50,068 nucleotides of DNA. Source: an uncultured Alphaproteobacteria bacterium. Lineage in GTDB: Bacteria > Pseudomonadota > Alphaproteobacteria > SHVP01. This document shows positions 42,328 through 50,068 of this stretch, piece after piece. The stretch spans positions 14,245 through 64,312 of the forward strand of contig CAZTAK010000006.1 of NCBI GenBank assembly GCA_964611585.1. The letters run 5' to 3'. The position numbers were made by a program, and so were the translations under genes. The notes beneath the pieces were generated by a model. That model was given only the letters and a program-made list of their open reading frames with translations. It ran no database searches and was not told where the DNA came from. Numbering within the stretch: position 1 is the stretch's first letter; the number at the start of each line of letters is the position of its first letter.

Positions 42328-43935
42328 TCAATTCGACCCCCGCCCACCTACGAAAATACGTCGCAACCTCGTCGCCCCAGGAAGAAGCAGCACCGCCGTC
42401 AAAACCCATACAACGGCCGCTGTCCAGTCGCCAAATCGGGCGTACAGCGGTTGCGATTTAGTCGCAACTGGCAGCACGCCGTTGATCGTACCGGCATCGC
42501 CAAGCCCGATCCGTTGCAACACCCGCCCATAGGGATCGACCAGAGCCGAGATACCCGTATTGGCTGCACGTACCATCGGCAGGCCCTCCTCGATTGCGCG
42601 CACGCGCGCCATTTCGAAGTGTTGCGCGGGCCCGGCGAGGGGCCCAAACCAGGCGTCGTTGGTAATGCCGAGCAACCATTGCGGCCGGTCGCCTGGATCG
42701 GTGACAGCGCCGGGGAAAATCGCCTCATAGCAAATCAGCGGGCTGAACGGCGGCAGCCCCTCGACGTGAAGGGTGGCCGGGCCCGAGCCTGCAGAAATAT
42801 CGAGCGAGCCTTCGGTAATCTTTTTCAGGCCGAGGGCGCCGAGGACAGACCGCAGCGGCACAAATTCGCCGAACGGAACCAGGTGGTGTTTGTCATAGGT
42901 CGCGGCGAAAGAGGCATTCGGGTCGACCACCCGAAGGCTGTTCCAGGCGCGGAGGTTCTCGCGCCCGCCCTGGAAACGGAAGGCACCAGTAATCAGCACG
43001 GCACCCGGCGGCAGCGCGCCCGCGATTCGGTTCGCCACAACACCCTTTTCGACAAGGGCAAGCGTCGCTGCCGTTTCCGGCCAGATGACAACGTCGACGG
43101 CGTCCCCGCCCACCGCCGATAAGGCGATGTGCCGTTCCAGGTTGGCTTCGCGCAGCTCGACGCGCCACTTGTTGCGCTGGGCGATGGCGGGTTGCACCAC
43201 CCGCACGCGCGTCTCGGTAAAGCCGGTTTCGGCATTGCCAAGCCGGATCGCGCCGGCGCCCCACACCACCCCAAGGCCGGCCGCCACGAAAAGACCCAAC
43301 GTCCACGCGGCGCCGCGCGGGCGGCCAGGCGCGGAGGTTTCGTTCGGGCGGGCGCCGGGGTCGGGCGCCATCGCCGCCGGCGCCGCCGCCACCAGCACCG
43401 TCAGCAGCGTCAGCCCGTAGATTCCGGTAACTGCCGTTACCTGCAACATCGCGTCGCTCACGGTCCAGGTGTAGCCGATCAGATTCCAGGGAAAGCCGGT
43501 CAGGAAATGGCCACGAATCCACTCCGCCGCCGTCCACGAAAGCGCCAAAACCACGACGCGCCGAAATCCTGTCGTCCGCGAAAGCGGTACGGCAAGCGCG
43601 GCGGCGGCAGGAAAGATCGCAAGGCCCGCCGGCACTCCCACCACCGTAAACGGAACCAGCCATGCAAACAGGTCGCCGTCGACCAAGAGCGGATAGGCAA
43701 GCCAGTGCAAACCGGCAGCGAAAAAACCGAAGCCGAATCCCCATCCGATAAATGCGGCGGCACGCCAGGTGCGGGCGCCGTCGACAAGCCAGACCAGGAC
43801 CGGGAAGGCGACAAGCAGGAGTGGAACCAGATTGAACGGCGGCAGCGCCGCGGCCGCGAGAACACCCGACAGGATGGCGACGCCAAGGCGTTGCCATCCC
43901 GACAGACCGGCAACGGCGGTCGCGACGCGGATCAT
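42328..43935 (-). CDS. lnt: apolipoprotein N-acyltransferase
   Basis: GFPW, catalytic triad motifs WPET, YDKHHLVPFGE, ICYE; NDAWFG, RAANTGIS. Confidence 0.96.
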   Translation of the reverse strand: MIRVATAVAGLSGWQRLGVAILSGVLAAAALPPFNLVPLLLVAFPVLVWLVDGARTWRAAAFIGWGFGFGFFAAGLHWLAYPLLVDGDLFAWLVPFTVVGVPAGLAIFPAAAALAVPLSRTTGFRRVVVLALSWTAAEWIRGHFLTGFPWNLIGYTWTVSDAMLQVTAVTGIYGLTLLTVLVAAAPAAMAPDPGARPNETSAPGRPRGAAWTLGLFVAAGLGVVWGAGAIRLGNAETGFTETRVRVVQPAIAQRNKWRVELREANLERHIALSAVGGDAVDVVIWPETAATLALVEKGVVANRIAGALPPGAVLITGAFRFQGGRENLRAWNSLRVVDPNASFAATYDKHHLVPFGEFVPLRSVLGALGLKKITEGSLDISAGSGPATLHVEGLPPFSPLICYEAIFPGAVTDPGDRPQWLLGITNDAWFGPLAGPAQHFEMARVRAIEEGLPMVRAANTGISALVDPYGRVLQRIGLGDAGTINGVLPVATKSQPLYARFGDWTAAVVWVLTAVLLLPGATRLRRIFVGGRGSN

Positions 43936-44861
43936 CCGTCGGCTTTTGGCGGCGGTTTCTCGGCCGAAATCGTGATCTTGCGCACCCGCACTCTGCGAAT
44001 GCGCCGGGCATCGGCGTCGATAACCTCGAATGCGACGCCCGACGGATGGGTGATGATTTCGCCCCGTTGCGGCACCCGGCCCGCCAGCGAAACGACGACG
44101 CCGCCCAGTGTGTCGATGTCTTCGTCGCGGTCTTCGGGCAGGAAATCGCAACCGATGAGATTTTCGACTTCTTCCCGGGGCGCGCGGGCGTCGGCCTCGA
44201 GTACGCCCGGTCGGATTTCGATAATCAGCGGCCCTTCGACCTCGTCGTGTTCGTCTTCGATCTCGCCGACCACGGCCTCGACCATGTCTTCGATCGTCAC
44301 CAGCCCGTCGGTCCCGCCGAATTCATCGACCACCATCGCCATGTGAATCCGCGCCGTCCGCATCCGCAGCAACAGGTCGAGAACCGGCATCGAGGGCGGC
44401 ACGAACAAAACGTCGCGCACGATTTGGCGCAGGTCGAAATCGGCGCTCCCGACCCAGTAGGGCAGAAGGTCCTTGATATGGGTCATGCCGAGGACCGAAT
44501 CGAGCGTGTCGCGGTAGACCGGCAGGCGCGAATGCAGGGCCTCGCGAAAGACCGCGACAATGTCGGCGAGGCTCGAATCGATCTCGATGCCGACCACATC
44601 GGCGCGCGGGATCATTTCGTCGCCGACTCGCAGTTCGCCAAGCTTGACCAGGTTCGTCAGAATCATGCGCTCTTCGGCATTGACACGCTGGCCGGCGTCT
44701 TCGTGCTGCTCCAGAAGTTCGCGCAGATCCTCCCGCAGGGTCGTATCGCCGTCGCGCCCAACGCCCACTCCACGCAGCCAAGCGCGCAGGGTGCGCGCCA
44801 ACGAAGGCGCGGAATCCGCTTCCGCTTCACGGGGGTGTTTTGGTGTCGGTGAGTCGCTCAT
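43932..44861 (-). CDS. corC: CBS-domain HlyC/CorC family protein
   Basis: MIPRAD, HSRLPVY, VVDEFGGTDGLVTIED, EIEDEHD. Confidence 0.9.
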   Translation of the reverse strand: MSDSPTPKHPREAEADSAPSLARTLRAWLRGVGVGRDGDTTLREDLRELLEQHEDAGQRVNAEERMILTNLVKLGELRVGDEMIPRADVVGIEIDSSLADIVAVFREALHSRLPVYRDTLDSVLGMTHIKDLLPYWVGSADFDLRQIVRDVLFVPPSMPVLDLLLRMRTARIHMAMVVDEFGGTDGLVTIEDMVEAVVGEIEDEHDEVEGPLIIEIRPGVLEADARAPREEVENLIGCDFLPEDRDEDIDTLGGVVVSLAGRVPQRGEIITHPSGVAFEVIDADARRIRRVRVRKITISAEKPPPKADG

Positions 44862-45382
44862 GGCGCAATTGATTGCCCGGAGAGCGGCGGCGGCGCCTCT
44901 GGGTCCGAAGGATCGTCGCGGTACGGATCGGCGATCGACTGCGATGCGAGGATTTCGCGTTCGAGCGTTTCCATGTCACGCGCAGCGGCGCCGGTTTCAT
45001 GATCGTAGCCGCACAGGTGCAGCACACCGTGCACAACCAGATGACAAACGTGGTGTTCGGGGCGTTTCGACTGCGCGCGCGCCTCGGCCATCACGGTTTC
45101 ATGGCCGAGCACGACATCGCCGAGAAGGCGTACACCGCCCGGCGATTGCGCACTTTGCGGAAAGGCGAGCACGTTGGTCGGCCCTTCCTTGCCGCGGTAA
45201 CGGCGGTTGAGATCGGCGACAAACGCGTCGTCGGCAAGCACGATGCTGACTTCCAGCACGTCCGCCTCAACACGCACGCGATCAAGCGCGGCGCGGGCGG
45301 CATGGGCAGCCGGCGCTTCGATCCCGGGCAGAATCTCGTCCCAGGCGTCGGCCTCGATGGTGAAGACGATATCGACGGTCAT
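44858..45382 (-). CDS. ybeY: rRNA maturation endoribonuclease YbeY
   Basis: LNRRYR, TNVLAFP, HGVLHLCGYDH. Confidence 0.96.
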   Translation of the reverse strand: MTVDIVFTIEADAWDEILPGIEAPAAHAARAALDRVRVEADVLEVSIVLADDAFVADLNRRYRGKEGPTNVLAFPQSAQSPGGVRLLGDVVLGHETVMAEARAQSKRPEHHVCHLVVHGVLHLCGYDHETGAAARDMETLEREILASQSIADPYRDDPSDPEAPPPLSGQSIAP

Positions 45383-46485
45383 GAGTTCTGCGGGTCTGAC
45401 CCGCCGGAAGCATCGACGGCATCAGCGGCTTCGGCGGCATCGGAAGCACCGGAAGCATCGGAAGCACCGGCGGCATCGGATGCGCCTTGCCGGGCGGTCT
45501 CAATTTCGTGCGCCTCGTAGGCACGGACCATGCGCATCACCAGGGGGTGGCGCACCACGTCGGCATCGGAAAACTGCACGAACGCGGCCCCTTCCACCCC
45601 CTTCAATATTCGCACCGCCTCGCGCAAGCCCGAATGCTCGCCGCGCGGCAGGTCGATTTGCGTCAGATCACCGGTCACCACCATCGAGGCGTTCTCGCCC
45701 ATCCGCGTCAGCAGCATCTTCATTTGCATCGGTGTCGTGTTCTGGGCCTCGTCCAAAATAATGAACGCGTTCGACAACGTGCGGCCGCGCATGAAGGCAA
45801 GCGGCGCGATCTCGATTTCGCCGTTTTCGAGGCGGCGGAACACCTGTTCGATCGGCAGCAAATCGTAAAGCGCGTCGTAGAGCGGACGAAGATACGGATC
45901 GACTTTGTCGCGCACGTCGCCCGGCAAGAAGCCCAGACGTTCGCCCGCCTCGACCGCAGGCCGCGACAAAATGATGCGATCCACCGCACCACTGAGCAGG
46001 CGTGAGACCGCCATCGCCACTGCGAGGTAGGTCTTGCCGGTCCCGGCCGGACCGAGCGCGAAGACAAGGTCGTGCCGCCGCAGCGCCAACAGGTATTTGC
46101 GCTGCATCGGCGAGCGCGCGACGACATCGCGCTTGCGGGTGCGGATAACGATCTCGGACGTATCGGCGGAATCGCCGGCCTGGACCTCGGCCATGCGCAG
46201 CGCCGCCTCGACCTCGGCCGACCCCACCTCGTCGCCGCTTTCGAGGCGGGCATAGAGGTCCGCTAGCACCGACTTGGCGGTGTCCTGGGCGCAAGCCTCG
46301 CCGCTGATCGAGATGCGGTTGCCGCGCGAAGCCAGCGACACCCCCAACGCCTGCTCGATGATCGCGAGATGACGGTCGTGTTGTCCGAACAGCGCCGGCA
46401 GCAGGGCGTTGTCATCGAAGGCGAGAACCGACGCCGGCGTCGCGTCGGATCGGGGCGTGCGGGTCATTTTTCGACCCCGGCTCAC
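45379..46485 (-). CDS. phoH: PhoH-family ATPase (YbeZ-like)
   Basis: [36 protein letters not shown]. Confidence 0.94.
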   Translation of the reverse strand: MSRGRKMTRTPRSDATPASVLAFDDNALLPALFGQHDRHLAIIEQALGVSLASRGNRISISGEACAQDTAKSVLADLYARLESGDEVGSAEVEAALRMAEVQAGDSADTSEIVIRTRKRDVVARSPMQRKYLLALRRHDLVFALGPAGTGKTYLAVAMAVSRLLSGAVDRIILSRPAVEAGERLGFLPGDVRDKVDPYLRPLYDALYDLLPIEQVFRRLENGEIEIAPLAFMRGRTLSNAFIILDEAQNTTPMQMKMLLTRMGENASMVVTGDLTQIDLPRGEHSGLREAVRILKGVEGAAFVQFSDADVVRHPLVMRMVRAYEAHEIETARQGASDAAGASDASGASDAAEAADAVDASGGSDPQNS

Positions 46486-47834
46486 GCGGCGGCTGCCTTT
46501 GCATCCGCCATAACGGTTCCGGCGAGGCTGTTGGGAAAAACCGCGTCGATCCGGACCGGCACGATACGGCCGCGCACCGATTCGGGCGCCGCCGCGCTGA
46601 CCGCCTGAAGGTGGGGACTGCGCCCGGCGAGCTGGCCCGGATGGCGGCCCGGACGATCGAACAGGACGTCGACTGTGCGCCCGACACTTGATTCATTGAA
46701 CGCCGCTTGTTGCGCGCTCAGTTTCGCCTGAAGCCGGGTGAGGCGCTCGGCCTTGATGTCGTCGTCCACCGTCGCCTCAAGACCGGCAGCGGGCGTGCCC
46801 GGCCGCGCGCTGTACTTGAAGGAGTAGGCCTGGGCGAAGCCGACCGCGTCGACAAGATTGAGAGTCGCCTGGAAATCGGCCTCGGTCTCGCCCGGGAAAC
46901 CAACAATGAAATCGCTGGACAAGGCCATGTCGGATCGCGCGGCCCGCAGCGCCTCGACGGTGCGCAGATAGTCGTCGGCACGGTGGCGCCGGTTCATGGC
47001 CGCGAGGACCCGGTCCGAACCCGATTGCACCGGCAGGTGTAAAAGCGGCATCAACCGGGCGATCTCGCCGTGGGCGGCGATCAGGTCCGGGTCCATGTCG
47101 CGCGGGTGCGAGGTGGTATAGCGGATGCGATCGAGTCCATCGATCGCCGCCAGTTCGCGCACCAGGCCGGCGAGCGATACCGCCGCGCCGTCTCTCCCGG
47201 TGCCACGGTAGGCGTTGACGTTCTGGCCCAGCAAGATGATTTCGCGCGCGCCCGTGACGATCAACCCGCGCGCCTCGGAAACGATGGCGGCGACGGGGCG
47301 CGAATGTTCCGCGCCGCGCGTGTAAGGAACGACGCAGAACGTGCAGAACTTGTCGCAGCCTTCCTGAACGGTGAGAAATGCGCTCGGGCCTTCGGCGCGC
47401 GAGTCCGGCAGGGCATCGAATTTTTCTTCGACCGCGAAGTCGGTATCGAGCACGGCGCCGGTTTCGCGCGTCGCTCGTGCCACCATTTCCGGCAGACGGT
47501 GATAGGCCTGGGGGCCGAAAACGAGATCGACGTGCGGGGCGCGGCGGATCAGTTCCGCCTCTTCGGCCTGAGCCACGCACCCGGCCACGGCGAGCGTCAG
47601 GGTCTCCCCGCGGCGTGCACGCGCTTCTTTGGCGGCGCGCAGGCGGCCAAGTTCCGAAAAGACCTTTTCCGAGGCCTTTTCGCGGATGTGGCAGGTGTTC
47701 AGGATAACAAGGTCGGCATCGTCCGGCGATTCCGCGGCACGATAGCCCAAGGGCGCCAGGACGTCCGCCATACGGGCGGAATCATAAACGTTCATCTGAC
47801 AGCCATAGGTCCTGATGAACAGGTTTTTGGTCAA
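46482..47834 (-). CDS. miaB: tRNA methylthiotransferase MiaB
   Basis: TYGCQMN, NTCHIRE, radical [19 protein letters not shown]; TTG start after AAGGAG. Confidence 0.97.
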   Translation of the reverse strand: MTKNLFIRTYGCQMNVYDSARMADVLAPLGYRAAESPDDADLVILNTCHIREKASEKVFSELGRLRAAKEARARRGETLTLAVAGCVAQAEEAELIRRAPHVDLVFGPQAYHRLPEMVARATRETGAVLDTDFAVEEKFDALPDSRAEGPSAFLTVQEGCDKFCTFCVVPYTRGAEHSRPVAAIVSEARGLIVTGAREIILLGQNVNAYRGTGRDGAAVSLAGLVRELAAIDGLDRIRYTTSHPRDMDPDLIAAHGEIARLMPLLHLPVQSGSDRVLAAMNRRHRADDYLRTVEALRAARSDMALSSDFIVGFPGETEADFQATLNLVDAVGFAQAYSFKYSARPGTPAAGLEATVDDDIKAERLTRLQAKLSAQQAAFNESSVGRTVDVLFDRPGRHPGQLAGRSPHLQAVSAAAPESVRGRIVPVRIDAVFPNSLAGTVMADAKAAAA

Positions 47835-47928
47835 GCGCTCCTTTCTTCCTTTCGGGGCCCGCGGGCCCCCGGGACAGTCAACCAAAAACCGGGCGGCGGC
47901 CGCGGGACCGGTCCGGAAACTCTCATAA

Positions 47929-47956
47929 AAGGTAGCATTTGGCTTTGCCGAGTCAA
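47929..47956 (-). promoter_or_regulatory. putative miaB promoter with GANTC overlapping -35
   Basis: TTGACT-16 bp-TACCTT; GACTC overlaps the -35 hexamer. Confidence 0.45.
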
Positions 47957-48789
47957 GCTGAGGCCCGGGTTTCTGTCCCCTTTCCGGGCAGTAGCGTGCG
48001 CACCTTGGGGCCCCATGACCGTCCCGACAGCGCGTCCGACAGGCCGCGCGCGACCGCGGCCTCGGCATGGGCGGTCATTTCCTTGCGCGAGGCAAACCGC
48101 TCCATCGTCACGGGCGGGTGAAAGGTCACCACCACCGTCAGCGGACCCAGCCCCAGCACGCGCCAGATATGCGGTGCGAGATCCATATCCCCGAACCAGG
48201 TGAACTCGGGCCGGAGATGACGGCCGAGAGGCGCCCCATTGAGACCGACATAGGCAATCGACACCGGCTGGACCGCCAGAGGCCGTCCCCGCACCGGCGG
48301 CTCGGCAAGCGCAAAGAACGAACTTCGGAAAGGCAGCACCCGGTTGCCGTCGCCCGATGTGCCTTCGGCGAACAGAGCCAGATTGTCGCCGGCTTCGAGA
48401 CGCTCCCGCATTTCGTCGCGCACCCGGCCGGTCTGGTTGCGGATGCGTTGGACGAACACGGTGCGCTGAAGTTTGGCGAGAATCCCGAACAGGGGCCAGC
48501 TGGCGACTTCCTGCTTGGCGATGAAGCAAACCGGGACGAGGGAATCGATCACCGTAATGTCGAGCCACGACGAATGATTGAAAGTGAACAGCGTCGGCGT
48601 TTCGTCCGAAGGCGTTCCGCGAATCTGAACCCGCAGCCCCAAGATACGGGCAAGGCCGCGGTGATACAGCATCGGCACCGACACCATGAGCGGCGATCCG
48701 AGGGCCCGGGCCGCCGCCTGAACCGGCAGCAGCAACGCTGTCCACGCGGCAACAAGAATGAGATTCAGCAAGGCGCGCAAGGAGGACAT
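47953..48789 (-). CDS. lysophospholipid acyltransferase (PlsC/OlsA-like)
   Basis: NHSSWLD, FIAK, FAEGT. Confidence 0.9.
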   Translation of the reverse strand: MSSLRALLNLILVAAWTALLLPVQAAARALGSPLMVSVPMLYHRGLARILGLRVQIRGTPSDETPTLFTFNHSSWLDITVIDSLVPVCFIAKQEVASWPLFGILAKLQRTVFVQRIRNQTGRVRDEMRERLEAGDNLALFAEGTSGDGNRVLPFRSSFFALAEPPVRGRPLAVQPVSIAYVGLNGAPLGRHLRPEFTWFGDMDLAPHIWRVLGLGPLTVVVTFHPPVTMERFASRKEMTAHAEAAVARGLSDALSGRSWGPKVRTLLPGKGTETRASA

Positions 48790-48821
48790 GCAACGGTTTG
48801 CGGGGCGCGGCTTGGACGGAT

Positions 48822-49292
48822 TCAGTCCGAATCCGGAGACCCGGGTCGCTTCCGGGGCGCTTTGGCGGCGCCGGAACCGGCCGGCGGGTCGAGCGGCAGG
48901 CCGTAGAGCTCGAGGCGGTGATCGACCACGCGGTAGCCCAGTTTCTCGGCGATCTTGGCTTGCAGCCGTTCGATTTCGTCGTCTTGGAATTCGACGACGT
49001 TGCCTGTGCGCAGGTCGATCAGGTGGTCGTGGTGTTCCTCACGACATTCCTCATAGCGCGCCCGGCCGTTGCCGAAATCATGCCGCTCGAGTATTCCGGC
49101 TTCTTCAAAGAGCCGCACGGTGCGATAGACGGTGGCGATCGAGATGCCGGAATCGATTTCTGTGGCGCGCTGATAGACCGCTTCGACGTCGGGGTGATCG
49201 TCGGCGTCGGACAGCACGCGCGCAATGACGCGGCGCTGGCCGGTCATCTTCAGCCCTTTTTCGATGCAGAGTTTTTCAAGACGCTCGGTCAC
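48822..49292 (-). CDS. fur: Fur/Mur-family metal regulator
   Basis: MTGQRRVI, DHPDVE, ATVYRT, HHDHLID, HRLELYG. Confidence 0.92.
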   Translation of the reverse strand: MTERLEKLCIEKGLKMTGQRRVIARVLSDADDHPDVEAVYQRATEIDSGISIATVYRTVRLFEEAGILERHDFGNGRARYEECREEHHDHLIDLRTGNVVEFQDDEIERLQAKIAEKLGYRVVDHRLELYGLPLDPPAGSGAAKAPRKRPGSPDSD

Positions 49293-49359
49293 CGGGAACC
49301 TTATACGCCAATTGGGTGGAGCGAACTATCGGGCTCCCGCGATTGCGCGCGGGAGAGGG

Positions 49360-49779
49360 CTATTTGCGACGGCGCTTGCGCCGCTTGGTGCCGAGGCCGA
49401 TTTTTTTCGCCAGCTCGCTGCGCTGTTGCGCATAACGCGGCGCGACCATCGGATAATCGGCCGGCAGACCCCAGCGTTCGCGATATTCTTCGGGAGTCAT
49501 ATTATATCTTGTCTTGAGATGGCGTTTGAGCATTTTGAGTTTCTTGCCGTCTTCAAGACAAATGATGTAATCGGCCGTTACCGATTTCTTTATCGGCACT
49601 GCCGGCTGTGGCCGCGAGGTGGCCGCCGCCGCCGACACGCCGACACCGGCGAGGGCAAAATAGACCTGTTGAATCAACTGCGGCAAATCGGCGATCGCCA
49701 CGGTGTTGTTGGACACGTGGGAGGCGACGATATCGGTGGTCAGCGCGAGCAGTTCGTCAGCTTGAGCGGCGTCGGGCAT
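49360..49779 (-). CDS. mucR: MucR/Ros zinc-finger regulator
   Basis: PAVPIKKSV, ICLEDGKKLKMLKRHL, YPMVAP.Y, ELAKKIGLG. Confidence 0.95.
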   Translation of the reverse strand: MPDAAQADELLALTTDIVASHVSNNTVAIADLPQLIQQVYFALAGVGVSAAAATSRPQPAVPIKKSVTADYIICLEDGKKLKMLKRHLKTRYNMTPEEYRERWGLPADYPMVAPRYAQQRSELAKKIGLGTKRRKRRRK

Positions 49780-49880
49780 ATATTTACGGCCTTCTTTAAG
49801 TAACTATGGCAATTATATATGTCTTGTTGTAGAGCCTAGCAACTGTAAAGAATCACAAGAACAGACCAAGTGCGGCTAAA

Positions 49881-50068
49881 ATGACGGACCGTCCCCATCA
49901 CTATCTCGACATCACGGGCGATGTCTGCCCGATCACCTTCGTCAAGACTAAGTTATTGATAGAAAAGGCAAATCCTGGCGATCTGATCGAGATTCGTCTG
50001 GCCGAAGGGGAGCCGTTAGAGAACCTTCCGCGCTCGGTGCGCGAGGAAGGACATGCGGTCTCCGGCCC
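49881..50068 (+). CDS. TusA/SirA-family sulfur carrier, truncated by window end
   Basis: Manual translation MTDRPHHYLDITGDVCPITFVKTKL...GDLIEIRL..GEPLENLPRS; not in the supplied ORF track. Confidence 0.85.
   Translation, partial: MTDRPHHYLDITGDVCPITFVKTKLLIEKANPGDLIEIRLAEGEPLENLPRSVREEGHAVSG

Overview
GC-rich alphaproteobacterial (Rhodospirillales-like by gene order and protein style; inference) core-genome window with about 48 complete genes. Left part: divergent cobD/cbiB, phaZ, ycgN, M48 peptidase, two Bcr/CflA MFS transporters, then the minus-strand rpsT / rhodanese-dnaA-dnaN-recF-gyrB region. Middle: mutM, ubiE-ubiB, coaBC-dut-rrf2-cysK-moeB-dsrE, a 2-hydroxyacid dehydrogenase and irr-rubrerythrin-FeS oxidoreductase-DUF3501. 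Right part: the conserved minus-strand string mucR-fur-acyltransferase-miaB-phoH-ybeY-corC-lnt-XRE-metK-trmB-rimP-nusA-ylxR-infB-rbfA-truB-rpsO-pnp, and a truncated tusA-like gene at the edge. I see no transposase, integrase, phage gene, tRNA, rRNA or CRISPR array. The most notable non-routine signals are: (1) a family of ~50-150 bp palindromic intergenic elements with YTAG/TAGAG ends, several beginning exactly at a gene's TAG stop and showing compensatory base changes; (2) a decayed antisense VOC/glyoxalase gene remnant between ycgN and the M48 gene; (3) a cysteine-poor Rrf2 regulator ending in Ile directly upstream of cysK (possible CymR-CysK-type sensor); (4) a rhodanese gene apparently coupled to dnaA behind a long AT-rich leader; (5) an Irr box between irr and rubrerythrin. 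All calls are by-eye motif recognition; no database search was run.
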